A stretch of DNA of 64,000 nucleotides, taken from assembly GCA_965223345.1 (NCBI GenBank), contig CBDCWG010000012.1, positions 864,001-928,000 of the forward strand, read 5' to 3'. Shown in pieces: positions 36,857 through 46,402 of the stretch (position 1 is its first letter; every line of letters begins with the position of its first letter). This DNA is from Nitrospinales bacterium (GTDB lineage Bacteria; Nitrospinota; Nitrospinia; Nitrospinales; VA-1). The notes below the pieces were generated by a model, which did no database searches, was not told where the DNA came from, and saw only the letters and a program-made list of their open reading frames with translations. The position numbers and the translations under genes were made by a program.

Positions 36857-37234
36857 CTAGCTGCTTTTCGCGTTTTCGCGATGCGTGGCGATGCCTTCGC
36901 GGGTGACTCTGTGGACGATGTGGTTGCCCGGCGCGATGGGAATGGGATCGGTCTGCCATTTCTTGCCGTCGGCCTGCTCCAGGAACAGCTGGCCCGTGTC
37001 CTCTGCTTCGAGGTGAAACCGGATGATCAGTTGCGTTCCGACCTCGATGCCGTTGAACAGGAGGCTTTTGTTGGTTTTGTCGGTTTTGAGTTTGATCTTA
37101 ACCAGGGGCTGGTCGGATTTATTGAGAACCACCATCTCGATGTTGTGCCTCGTGTTTTCCGCCATTATGGAAAGCACCCATCCGAAGACGATGAGGCCCA
37201 GGAATATCAGAATGTATTTTCGAAAACGGTTCAT
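36857..37234 (-). CDS. Hypothetical membrane-anchored protein
   Basis: N-terminal basic plus hydrophobic segment then beta-rich domain; fills the intergenic gap. Confidence 0.6.
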   Translation of the reverse strand: MNRFRKYILIFLGLIVFGWVLSIMAENTRHNIEMVVLNKSDQPLVKIKLKTDKTNKSLLFNGIEVGTQLIIRFHLEAEDTGQLFLEQADGKKWQTDPIPIAPGNHIVHRVTREGIATHRENAKSS

Positions 37235-37647
37235 GATGATTTCGGGCGGAGTGGATTGAAACCCATCCCGCTTGGGGGTGACTCGGGCATTTCGCTTGTT
37301 AGTTTTGCCAGCCGACGCCGGCAAAATGGCCATGCCGGGATGGGCTCCCTGGGCAACCGGTTGTGGCGCGTTTTGGTTGCGGGCATTGTAACACTATTTC
37401 CCTGCTCGCGGGGAAACCCTTGAATTGTCGGGAACCATCGCAGGGCGCCGGATCCGGGGTTGTTTGCGATCGACGAGAGACCGGAAAAAACAGTGCGAAG
37501 AACGGGCCGTTTGCGCCGTTTGAGAGAAGGGCGATGGGAAAAACCTCGTTTTCATCGCCTGAATGGGGGTTGATCCGATTTTTAGGGTGTGAGAAATTTC
37601 CTTATATAGAAACAGGAAACATTCCCAAAACACCCGTTCCCGAATCC

Positions 37648-38379
37648 ATGGAAACCCGCCGTTTTTATTTTCCATCCGAAGAGGAGAGTTATTGGGCTCA
37701 AAAGGCTTTCAGTGGTCTGGATCTTTCTGAAAACTACGTGCTGCAAAAATATCTGGATCACAAGAACGGGCGGATTCTGGATGCGGGCTGCCGGGGTGGA
37801 AGGATCAGCTTCAATCTGGAAAAAATGGGCTTCACGCAGATCGATGCCTGCGATTCTTCCCACTACATGATCACCACAGCCAATGAAAACAAGAAAATTT
37901 CCGGCAGCAATGTGATTTTTTACCGGCAGGAAGTCAGCGACCTGCAAAGCTTTGAATCGGAAACCTACCAGTACGTGATCTATCTGCAGCAGACTCTCTC
38001 TTTCATCCCCCCGCCTCTTCTGGAAAGCGCTTTGAAGGAATCGTACCGCGTTCTGCAAAGGGGCGGTGTGGCCATCTACTCGTTTTTGAATTTTGACGCC
38101 CGTTGGTACAACAAGGCGCTTGCGTTCTTTTTCGATGTCTTGCGCCGTCACCGCAAAGAGAATCTGCCCGCTCAGGCGCTTCCCTGGCTGCGCATGGGAG
38201 GCCGGTACAACCGGCGTCTTTTTGCCAGGGATCAACCGGCGGCGTACTGGTTTCAAAAAGAAGAAATTCTGGGCCTGCTGAAACGGGCGGGGTTTTCCAT
38301 CATCGAAGTGAACACGCGGGGGCGGATTCTGATCGACAATCAGAAAAAGGGTGCGTTGTTTGTGGTCTGCCAGAAATGA
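37648..38379 (+). CDS. Class I SAM-dependent methyltransferase
   Basis: RILDAGCRGGR, ACDSS, YRVLQRGG. Confidence 0.85.
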   Translation: METRRFYFPSEEESYWAQKAFSGLDLSENYVLQKYLDHKNGRILDAGCRGGRISFNLEKMGFTQIDACDSSHYMITTANENKKISGSNVIFYRQEVSDLQSFESETYQYVIYLQQTLSFIPPPLLESALKESYRVLQRGGVAIYSFLNFDARWYNKALAFFFDVLRRHRKENLPAQALPWLRMGGRYNRRLFARDQPAAYWFQKEEILGLLKRAGFSIIEVNTRGRILIDNQKKGALFVVCQK

Positions 38380-38386
38380 ACCGCAG

Positions 38387-39136
38387 CTACTCCGGCGCTG
38401 CGGGCGCTGTCCGGTTTTCGGGAAACTCGTTTTTGTAGATGATGGCGCTGTACTGCTTTTCGTGGTTTTCGACGGTGTGGACCTGCAGGTAGCGCCGGGA
38501 AAAAACCGCGTTGTGGACCGGGTTGACGTAGATGAAAAACGCGTCCCGGTTCCTGCGTTTCAGGCTCCGGTCGATGTTTTCGAGAACCCGGGTGAGCACT
38601 TTTTCGCCAAAGGGATTGAAAAAAAAGAATACGTTGTCTTTCTTCCTGACTTCATACGCCGCCGCATCGGCGTGCAACACTTCATAGCGGAATCGTTTCC
38701 CGGTTTTTTGCGCATACGCCTCCAGGTTGCGCCTGCTGTGCTCACACAGTTCGTGTGAAAACTCCACGCCGGTGATGTTGCCGAACCCGTATTCGGATGC
38801 GAACACCAGCACCCTGCCTTTGCCGGATCCGAAATCGACGAAACCGCAATTGGAATAATCCACCTCCAGCAAATCGAAGATCGCTTTGAGGATGAAGTAA
38901 CGGGTGGGTTCGTAATGCACGCCCAGGGATTTGTTTTCGCTTGCTATGGATAACCGGCCCAGGGGAACGATGGATCGGGTGTCGGTGGCAAACCGGGTTT
39001 CAAAAATCCAGTCGGAAAGGAAAGCCCGAATCCGGTTGCGGGTTTTGTGGCTGTAGATTTGCGTCGATTTTAAGATCCCCTTGTTTTTCAGGTTTGAGAT
39101 CAGAGCTCGAATTCGGTTTCTCTGAAATGGTTCCAT
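38387..39136 (-). CDS. Class I SAM-dependent methyltransferase
   Basis: YEPT, FVDFGSGKGRVL, GVEFS, FFNPF, IYVNP; SD AAGGA. Confidence 0.85.
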   Translation of the reverse strand: MEPFQRNRIRALISNLKNKGILKSTQIYSHKTRNRIRAFLSDWIFETRFATDTRSIVPLGRLSIASENKSLGVHYEPTRYFILKAIFDLLEVDYSNCGFVDFGSGKGRVLVFASEYGFGNITGVEFSHELCEHSRRNLEAYAQKTGKRFRYEVLHADAAAYEVRKKDNVFFFFNPFGEKVLTRVLENIDRSLKRRNRDAFFIYVNPVHNAVFSRRYLQVHTVENHEKQYSAIIYKNEFPENRTAPAAPE

Positions 39137-39317
39137 GCGGTTTGTTCCTTGATGCATTGAAAAAATTTTGAGCTTATTTAACAAATTTTAAGGCGATAGT
39201 CTGTAAAAAATTTATTTTAAATAGCAGGTGATTTTGTTAAATAAGTTTAAAGATTGGCATTTTTATTTTGAGCCACAGCAAAATTTATATTTAATTTATT
39301 GGAGGGGATTTCGTATC

Positions 39318-40184
39318 GTGGCGGACACACTCTATCGGGACTCTGGGGATGCGGTGATGCTTTCGTTGACCGAAAAACAAATGGCGCAATGGCTGCGCGA
39401 GCAGGGCAAGACCGTACTGCATCACGGGGGACGTTACTGGAAGGCTTTTCCCAACGGGTTCTACCGTTCCATCCATTGGATGGGACGCATGCGGGAGAAG
39501 GAAGCCGTGCGGCCCTCGCCCTTGTGCTGGGGGTTTCGCACCGCGTTGGCGAGCGGCGATTCGGGGGCTGCCAACAGCAGCATTCCAGTCAACCTGCTCA
39601 CCGATCTCGCCGATTACGACCTCGGTTGTCTGAGTTCGCGCCGCCGCACCAAAGTCAGGAGCAGCCTGAAAAAAATCCGCACGGTGGAGGTTCTGCGGCC
39701 GGATGTGCTCCTGGAGCAGGGCCACAGGGTTTACCTTTCCGCATTCAAGCGCCACGGTTACGGCAGACTGTTGAACACAGAGCAATTTCGCAATCACGTC
39801 ATGCAGTACTTCAATCCGCGGCGGGGCATGATCTTCGCGGGTCTCATCGGCAACGAGCTGGGGGGATTCATCGAAACCGAAGCGGTGGACGGCACGGCCT
39901 ACATCAAAGGCGTGCACATCGCCCGCGAGGCGCTGTCCATCAATCTGGGAACGGGGTTGCTCTACAAACTGCTGCAGGTTTTCAAACGCTCCGCAGGCAT
40001 CCGCGAAGTGGTGCACGGTCTGCATACGGCGGAAAACAAACCGCTGACCGACTTCAAAACGGGAATGGGTTTTTCCGTGGTTTACGTGCCTTCCCGGGTG
40101 TGGTTCGCTCCGATGATGGGGCATGCCATCCGCTGGCTCAAACCGCACACCTATTACCGGCTCACCGGCAAGAAGATCGCCTGA
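39318..40184 (+). CDS. Hypothetical protein, probable GNAT/FemAB-like fold
   Basis: LSSRRRTKVRS, LTDFKTGMGF resemble FemAB/GNAT_6-type motifs; SD GGAGG. Confidence 0.55.
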   Translation: MADTLYRDSGDAVMLSLTEKQMAQWLREQGKTVLHHGGRYWKAFPNGFYRSIHWMGRMREKEAVRPSPLCWGFRTALASGDSGAANSSIPVNLLTDLADYDLGCLSSRRRTKVRSSLKKIRTVEVLRPDVLLEQGHRVYLSAFKRHGYGRLLNTEQFRNHVMQYFNPRRGMIFAGLIGNELGGFIETEAVDGTAYIKGVHIAREALSINLGTGLLYKLLQVFKRSAGIREVVHGLHTAENKPLTDFKTGMGFSVVYVPSRVWFAPMMGHAIRWLKPHTYYRLTGKKIA

Positions 40185-40496
40185 GGATTTATCACCGCCC
40201 GGCTTTCGCCGCTTTCCATTTTCAAACGTCTTTTACAAATTTCGGCCCGCGCTGCCTTTTACACCCTTGTGTGGCCGGGATCCGCTGTGTTTTTTGCGGA
40301 TGATATTTGCTACGATGTCCTGCCTTGATCCGGCGCGGTGATCGCATCGCCGTTCGGATCGTTCCCTCCTTCGGCACAGCCGTCTTCCCTTTTTTCCGAT
40401 CCGGTGACGCGGGCTGTGTGTCGGGCGCTCACACTTTGTCGGGAGTTTTGCAGTTGGATCATCGCTTGTTTCGTATCTTGTCTGGGGATCGCTGAG

Positions 40497-41681
40497 ATGG
40501 CCGTCAGCCTCGCCCTCATTCTGCTTCTGGGTCTGTTGTCCGACTATCTGTTCCGCAAGATCCACCTTCCCGGACTGCTGGGCATGCTGCTTGTGGGGGT
40601 TTTATGCGGACCCTACGTTTTTGATCTCATCCAGCCGGAGTTGTTGACCGTCTCCGCCGATCTGAGAATGGTGGCGCTCATCGTCATCCTGCTGCGGGCG
40701 GGGCTGGAACTGAAGAAGGACACGCTGAACCGGGTCGGCACGACGGCGTTGATCATGGCCTGCTTTCCCGCCCTGCTCGAAGGGATCGCCGTGACGCTGC
40801 TGGCGCCGGTGTTCTTCAATATTTCCTATCTGGAAGCCGCGCTGTTGGGATCGATCCTGGCGGCGGTGTCGCCGGCGGTGGTGGTGCCGTTAATGCTCGA
40901 CTACATTGGCCGGAAGCGGGGCACGCGCAAAGGCATTCCCACCCTGATCCTGGGCGCGTCCTCGGTGGACGATGTGTTCGTCATCGTGGTGTTCACCATT
41001 CTTCTGGGCATGCACGGCGGCGAAGCCGCACCGGTGCTGGGCAAGCTGATCGAGATTCCCGAAGCGATCGTCGTGGGGATTCTGGTGGGAGCGGCGGCGG
41101 GCTATCTGCTTTACGGCCTGTTCGAACGCTTCCATCCGCGGGCGACGAAAATGACCTTGCTGGTGGTGTCGGTGTCCATCGTGCTCACCTGGCTGGAAGA
41201 GACGCTGAAACCCTGGGTGGTGCTGTCGGCGCTGCTCAGCGTGATGACGGTGGGGTTTGTGCTGCTGGAAAAAACCGAGGTCCGCGCCCACAAAATCTCC
41301 CAGAAGCTCGCCAAGGTCTGGATCTTCGCCGAGATCCTGCTTTTCGTTCTGGTGGGAGCGCAGGTGAACATCCACGTCGCCTGGAATGCGGGACTCCTGG
41401 GGGCGGGGTTGATCGCTCTGGCGCTCGCTGCCCGCAGCTTCGGCACCTACGTTTCGCTTGCGGGCAGCGATCTCAATCTGCGTGAGAAGCTGTTCTGCGT
41501 GATAGCCTACATCCCCAAAGCGACGGTGCAGGCGGCGATCGGCGCGGTTCCCCTGGAGATGGGCGTGCCGGGGGGAGAGATCATCCTTGCGGTCGCCGTG
41601 CTGTCCATCCTGCTCACGGCTCCTCTGGGTGCGATCGGCATTGCGCTCACCGGAGACAGATGGTTGAGCCGGGACGCGTGA
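40497..41681 (+). CDS. Cation:proton antiporter (NHA2/NapA-like)
   Basis: ILLRAGL, AAVSPAVVVP, SSVDDV, PKATVQAA; about 12 TMs. Confidence 0.9.
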   Translation: MAVSLALILLLGLLSDYLFRKIHLPGLLGMLLVGVLCGPYVFDLIQPELLTVSADLRMVALIVILLRAGLELKKDTLNRVGTTALIMACFPALLEGIAVTLLAPVFFNISYLEAALLGSILAAVSPAVVVPLMLDYIGRKRGTRKGIPTLILGASSVDDVFVIVVFTILLGMHGGEAAPVLGKLIEIPEAIVVGILVGAAAGYLLYGLFERFHPRATKMTLLVVSVSIVLTWLEETLKPWVVLSALLSVMTVGFVLLEKTEVRAHKISQKLAKVWIFAEILLFVLVGAQVNIHVAWNAGLLGAGLIALALAARSFGTYVSLAGSDLNLREKLFCVIAYIPKATVQAAIGAVPLEMGVPGGEIILAVAVLSILLTAPLGAIGIALTGDRWLSRDA

Positions 41682-41756
41682 GCCCGGTTGCGCGCCGGGT
41701 GGTTATCTGAAATAATCCACTGGCCGCACCCGCCTTTTTTGATCCCCGCTTGCGAA

Positions 41757-42065
41757 TCATTTCCTCTGTTTTTGAACGGTTCGCGCCAGATCGAGGGTTT
41801 GCTGTAAAAACTCGGTCTGGATGGCGACCAGTTTTTCCCGGTCCTGATCGGTGCCGAAGCGGTGGATGTAGCCCACCAGTTCGTTGGCGGCCACTTTGCC
41901 GTTTTTCCGCAGAAACTGATCCGGTGTCTGCGGCGCTTTGTCGTCCAGATACCAATCGTCCGAAATGTAATCGGGCGTGTTGCTCATCTTTCCACCTCCT
42001 TCCCCGCAACCCATCCCTGTCAGGGTCATCAGGCTCATGATTAGAATCCATTGTTGCAGTTTCAT
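41757..42065 (-). CDS. Small hypothetical lipoprotein
   Basis: Signal peptide ending TGMGC. Confidence 0.6.
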   Translation of the reverse strand: MKLQQWILIMSLMTLTGMGCGEGGGKMSNTPDYISDDWYLDDKAPQTPDQFLRKNGKVAANELVGYIHRFGTDQDREKLVAIQTEFLQQTLDLARTVQKQRK

Positions 42066-42426
42066 CGGTCCGGTCTCGCTGGTCGTCGTTTGGGGGTCAA
42101 AATGTGTGCTTCATTATAGATGAATTCCACATTTTCCGTATCGGTATCCACGCGGTCTTCGAGTTTGCCGTCAAGCCCTTCCCCGGCTCTCTCATTTTCT
42201 CGGGTGTATCCCCTGCATTTTTTTGTGATGTGCGGCACGTAGGGACTCTATTTTTTTAATGTGAAGGTGAATTTCCCCGATCCTGTGGTAGGATATTCGC
42301 TATCCGAAACGTTCCCGACGTTTTTTTGCCTGTCGGCAATCGTGGCTGAATGTTGTACTTGGACATAGCGCTGCAACCTCAAATGACGTTCCCTCATAAT
42401 TTGAATCGATTCCTGGAGCTTGACGC

Positions 42427-44262
42427 ATGGTGAACCGAACCGGTGCGGATTCGCTGAAACGCTACCGCCGCACGGCTTTTTTTGCTGTTTTGTTTTTATT
42501 GGTATGGACCGGTTTTTCCCAGGCCCAGGAGACGAACCCCGATCCCGCTCCCGATAAAATGGAGGTGGAGCTTTCCTCTGTCGAAAAGCTGCAGAAACAG
42601 TTGATCCAGATCACGCAGAGAAAAATTTACCTCGGGAAGGAATTGCAGAAGCTCAAAAGATCTCCAACCACTTCGATGATTGAGGAAAGAACCAGGGAAA
42701 TCGAAAAAGAATTGACGTCGTTGAACAGCAAGTTTGAGTCCCTGGCCACAAAGATTCAGGAATCGGATATTCAATCTCACGACCAGCCCGAACTCACGTG
42801 GATGCAGGAGCTGCAGGAGATCACCAAGCCGCTACTGATGGCGCTGCGCGAAATCACGGAACGGCCGCGTAAAATCGAGAGCCTCAAGACCTGGATTCAA
42901 TCCTTGAAAGATCAGATCGCCACCTATGAAGTTGCCCGTAATAACGTGGAAGAATTGATGGAACTGGAAATCCAGCTGAACCAGGAACCGGGCGGAAGCG
43001 AACTGGCCTCTGTCAATCCGGCAGACATCAAGAAAAGTTTTCAGGAAAAACTGAGCGCATTAAAAGAAAAATACAATCCCGAGTATCTGCAGCTGGATCT
43101 GGAAGAAAGTAAAAAACAGCTGAACGCGCTGCAGGACGCAGACATCTCGGTTATCAAGATGACGTCGGAGTTCATTCGCGATTTTTTCCAGGTGCGGGGA
43201 CGCAACCTGCTGATCGCGATCGCGACGTTTCTGCTTTTCTGGGGTGTCCTGTCGTCCATTTTTTGGCTCGTCTCCCATAAGACGACGCTGTTTTCAAGAC
43301 TCGACATCCATTACCGCAAGGTGATCAAGGCCGCCTATCGTTTTCTGATCCTGGGGGTGGGCACCATGGCCAGCATTGTGTCGCTTTACCTGCTCGACGA
43401 CTGGCTCATCCTCAGCATCCTGATTCTGGTTTTTGTCGGTATGGCGCTGGCGTTCCGCGAATTCATTCCCAGCCTGGTTCAGGAACTGCGGTTGATCCTC
43501 AACCTGGGCACTGTGCGGGAGGGCGAACGGATGATTTGGGAGGGCATTCCCTGGCTGGTGCAGGAGATCGGTGTTTATGCGGTGTTGCGCAACGCGCGGC
43601 TGCAGGGCGGACTGTTGAAGCTCCGGGTGGGGGAGTTGATCGGCCACCATTCCCGCCCCCTGGTACATGAGGAGGAGTGGTTCCCCACAAAAGTGGACGA
43701 CTGGGTGTTTTTGTCCGACGAGACCTACGGACGTGTGATGAAGCAGACTTTCGAGCAGGTGGTGTTGGAATGCCTGGCTTCGAGACGGTATTTCCCGACC
43801 GCGGAATTTTTGCAGATGAGTCCGCGCAACCTCTCGACCGGATTCCGCATTCTCATCCGTTTCGGTCTGGATTACGGGGTGCAGTCGAAAATCTGCGACG
43901 ATCTGCCGCAGCTGTTCGAGGAGCGCCTGTCACAGGAATTTGCGGATCGGGTTGCGGGCGAAGAACCCGACATCCAGAGCATCCATGTGCAGTTTGAAAG
44001 CGCGGAAGCGAGCTCATTGAACCTTTTGGTTTCGGTCAAAGTGGACGGACGCTGCGCGGACGAATATTTTTCTCTGAAAAGAAAGATCAACCGGCTGCTC
44101 GTTCAAGTGTGCAATGAGAACAGTCTGACGATCCCGTTCAACCAGCTCACAGTGAGTCCCTCCAAAGAACTGCAATCGCTGGTGCAGAACGGTTCGAAAT
44201 CCGATTTCCGCTTCACCGTGGACAACCCGCCGAACCCGCAACCGCGCGCCGAGATGCAGTAA
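42427..44262 (+). CDS. MscS-family mechanosensitive channel with large periplasmic coiled-coil N-terminus
   Basis: Signal peptide, coiled coil, TM block, VREGER, FGLDY, IPFNQLTV. Confidence 0.7.
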   Translation: MVNRTGADSLKRYRRTAFFAVLFLLVWTGFSQAQETNPDPAPDKMEVELSSVEKLQKQLIQITQRKIYLGKELQKLKRSPTTSMIEERTREIEKELTSLNSKFESLATKIQESDIQSHDQPELTWMQELQEITKPLLMALREITERPRKIESLKTWIQSLKDQIATYEVARNNVEELMELEIQLNQEPGGSELASVNPADIKKSFQEKLSALKEKYNPEYLQLDLEESKKQLNALQDADISVIKMTSEFIRDFFQVRGRNLLIAIATFLLFWGVLSSIFWLVSHKTTLFSRLDIHYRKVIKAAYRFLILGVGTMASIVSLYLLDDWLILSILILVFVGMALAFREFIPSLVQELRLILNLGTVREGERMIWEGIPWLVQEIGVYAVLRNARLQGGLLKLRVGELIGHHSRPLVHEEEWFPTKVDDWVFLSDETYGRVMKQTFEQVVLECLASRRYFPTAEFLQMSPRNLSTGFRILIRFGLDYGVQSKICDDLPQLFEERLSQEFADRVAGEEPDIQSIHVQFESAEASSLNLLVSVKVDGRCADEYFSLKRKINRLLVQVCNENSLTIPFNQLTVSPSKELQSLVQNGSKSDFRFTVDNPPNPQPRAEMQ

Positions 44263-44331
44263 GCGGGTTTCTTTCCATATTTAAGTGAAAAGATGTCCCG
44301 GTTTTGCAGGTATCTCGATAACACCTTGCAC

Positions 44332-44360
44332 TTGAAAACGCGGATCATCAAAGCTAGTAT
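44332..44360 (+). promoter_or_regulatory. sigma-70-like promoter for RR-Hpt pair
   Basis: TTGAAA-17 nt-TAGTAT. Confidence 0.5.
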
Positions 44361-44475
44361 AGAAACAACAGGCGTGCGTCTTATCGACGTTCAGGACGCT
44401 CCGGGGTTCTAGGTTGGTAGGAACGATGGAGCGTCTTTCTTCAACTGTATCCTGCCTTCAATCCGGATCCCCTGC

Positions 44476-44856
44476 GTGCTCAAAATCCTTTTGGTCGAAG
44501 ACAACGAACTGAACCGCGACATGCTGAAGCGGCGGCTGGAACGCAACGGCTTCACGGTGCTGACGGCGGAAGACGGCGGCCAGGGTTTGACGATGGCGCA
44601 GTCGGAGTCGCCGGACCTGATTCTGATGGACATGAGCCTGCCGGGAATGAACGGTTGGGAAGCCACGCACCGCTTGAAATCCATGAAGGAGACGCAGTCC
44701 ATCCCGGTGCTCGGGCTTTCCGCGCACGCCATGAAAGCGGACCGGGAACGGGCGCTGAACGCCGGCTGCGACGACTACGACACCAAGCCTGTGGACATCA
44801 AGCGGCTGCTTGGCAAGATCCAGACCCTCACGGGAAACCCCGACCATGCCCCCTGA
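44476..44856 (+). CDS. Single-domain response regulator (DivK/CheY-like)
   Basis: LLVEDN, LILMDMSLP, LSAHA, TKP intact. Confidence 0.93.
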   Translation: MLKILLVEDNELNRDMLKRRLERNGFTVLTAEDGGQGLTMAQSESPDLILMDMSLPGMNGWEATHRLKSMKETQSIPVLGLSAHAMKADRERALNAGCDDYDTKPVDIKRLLGKIQTLTGNPDHAP

Positions 44857-45208
44857 CACGCAACCGGTGCTCGACAAGGACAAGGCCCTGGCGATCTGCA
44901 GCGGCGACGAGTCGCTGTTCGAAGAGCTGGCGGCGATCTTTCTGGTGGATGCGGCGGAACGCATGCGCGCGCTCACCGAGGCGGTGGCCGCAGACGACCC
45001 CAAGGGAGTCGAGCGCTACGCGCACGCGATCAAGGGGTTGTCGGCCAATATCTGCGCCGAACCCGTCAAGCAGGTGGCTTCCGAGATGGAAATCGCCGGC
45101 AAAGGCGGGCACAAGGAGCGCTGGGACGCCCTCCATCCGCAACTGGAGATGGAAATGCAGCGCCTGCAGGCGCATCTGAAGCAAATCCTGCCTCCGCAAA
45201 CCGCCTGA
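44846..45208 (+). CDS. Stand-alone Hpt phosphotransfer protein
   Basis: AHAIKGLSANI Hpt motif. Confidence 0.88.
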   Translation: MPPDTQPVLDKDKALAICSGDESLFEELAAIFLVDAAERMRALTEAVAADDPKGVERYAHAIKGLSANICAEPVKQVASEMEIAGKGGHKERWDALHPQLEMEMQRLQAHLKQILPPQTA

Positions 45209-45359
45209 CTGGCCCCTTTCTCTCCTTCCTGTCGTCACACCCTGTTTTTCAAGGGTTTTCGAGCGCCCATCTCACCCTCGACCATTAAAAACCGCTTTAT
45301 TTTCAATGATTTAAGTGGTACACTTGGTGTGAATCTATAAAAATCACGCAAGCCGTGCC

Positions 45360-45869
45360 ATGGTCGATCCACTCTCGTTTTTCAATCTCAGACCGCATAG
45401 CAACGCCGGGACCAAACCGGGCGCTCCGGAGAAAGTCCAGGCTGCGGAACCCGCTGAAACGCCTGCCGTTTCCGACTCGGTGCAGCTCAACAGCCTGTCT
45501 CTGCGGGCGACGCTGAACCAGCAGGCCGGCATTTTGAAACAGGAGCTACCGGGAATCATCGCCGATGCGGTCAAGGCGCCTGCAGAGCGCGACGCGGTGC
45601 GCAACGCTCCGGTGCAGGCAACCCGGATCCGATTGGAAAAACCGCTGCAAGCCATCCTCGACCAGAAAAATCCCCTGCCTCCGACCCTGGTCGAAGGGCT
45701 CAAGAGCGAGATCCAGACCCTGCAGAAGGAGCTTCCCGAACTCCGGGACCATGAGCTCCTGTCCTCGCTGGAATCCGAACCCCAAAGTGAAGAGGCGTTG
45801 AACGGCATCCTGTTCGATGTTTCCGATCAAATGGATCGTCTGATGGACCTTTTGAGCCGGTTGAAGTGA
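45360..45869 (+). CDS. Hypothetical protein
   Basis: 169-aa ORF with typical codon usage; P/A/E-rich N-terminus, helical C-terminus. Confidence 0.6.
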   Translation: MVDPLSFFNLRPHSNAGTKPGAPEKVQAAEPAETPAVSDSVQLNSLSLRATLNQQAGILKQELPGIIADAVKAPAERDAVRNAPVQATRIRLEKPLQAILDQKNPLPPTLVEGLKSEIQTLQKELPELRDHELLSSLESEPQSEEALNGILFDVSDQMDRLMDLLSRLK

Positions 45870-46049
45870 GGACGGCCCGGTCCCTTCCCGCAAATGCTTG
45901 ACATTCTCCAGCGCAATACAGTATATAAATTCATTGGTCTAGCGAAATCACACGGCTGCGCTCCCTCGGGAGCCGCGGCCTTAGAGAGCCTGTCGCGATG
46001 AAGCGCAGGGAAACGAACGGACGGATGGACTTGATGAAAGGGGAAATCG

Positions 46050-46319
46050 GTGGCAAACCACAAATCGGCTGAAAAACGCAATCGCCAGAACGCAAAACGC
46101 AACGCAAGAAACAAGGTGTACCGGACGATGGTCAAGAACGCGAGCAAGAACGTGCTCGAGGAAGTGTCCAACAACAACAAAGAAGAAGCGGCGAAGGAAT
46201 TGAAACAGGCCGAGAAGGTGATTTCCCGCGTGGCCAGCAAGGGGGTTCTGCACCGCCGCGCCGCATCGAGAAAAATTTCCAGCCTTTCCAGAAAAGTCAA
46301 TCAACTCTCTGCAACCTGA
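46050..46319 (+). CDS. rpsT: 30S ribosomal protein S20
   Basis: MANHKSAEKRNRQ, KGVLH..AASRKIS. Confidence 0.97.
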   Translation: MANHKSAEKRNRQNAKRNARNKVYRTMVKNASKNVLEEVSNNNKEEAAKELKQAEKVISRVASKGVLHRRAASRKISSLSRKVNQLSAT

Positions 46320-46402
46320 ACCATCGTTTCCGCACCGGGCCGGCTTTGACAAGCCGCGCCTGAACGGGACGGGAACGATGCCCCTTTCCTTAACTTAAGC
46401 AC

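Noticed and set aside
42224..42242. TGTGA-N6-GCACG as a CRP/FNR site
   Set aside because: Second half-site is poor; insufficient support
45316..45330. TGGTACACTTGGTGT as a sigma-54 box, and FlgM-like DSVQL in the downstream ORF
   Set aside because: GT rather than GC at -12; protein too long and similarity too short to call FlgM
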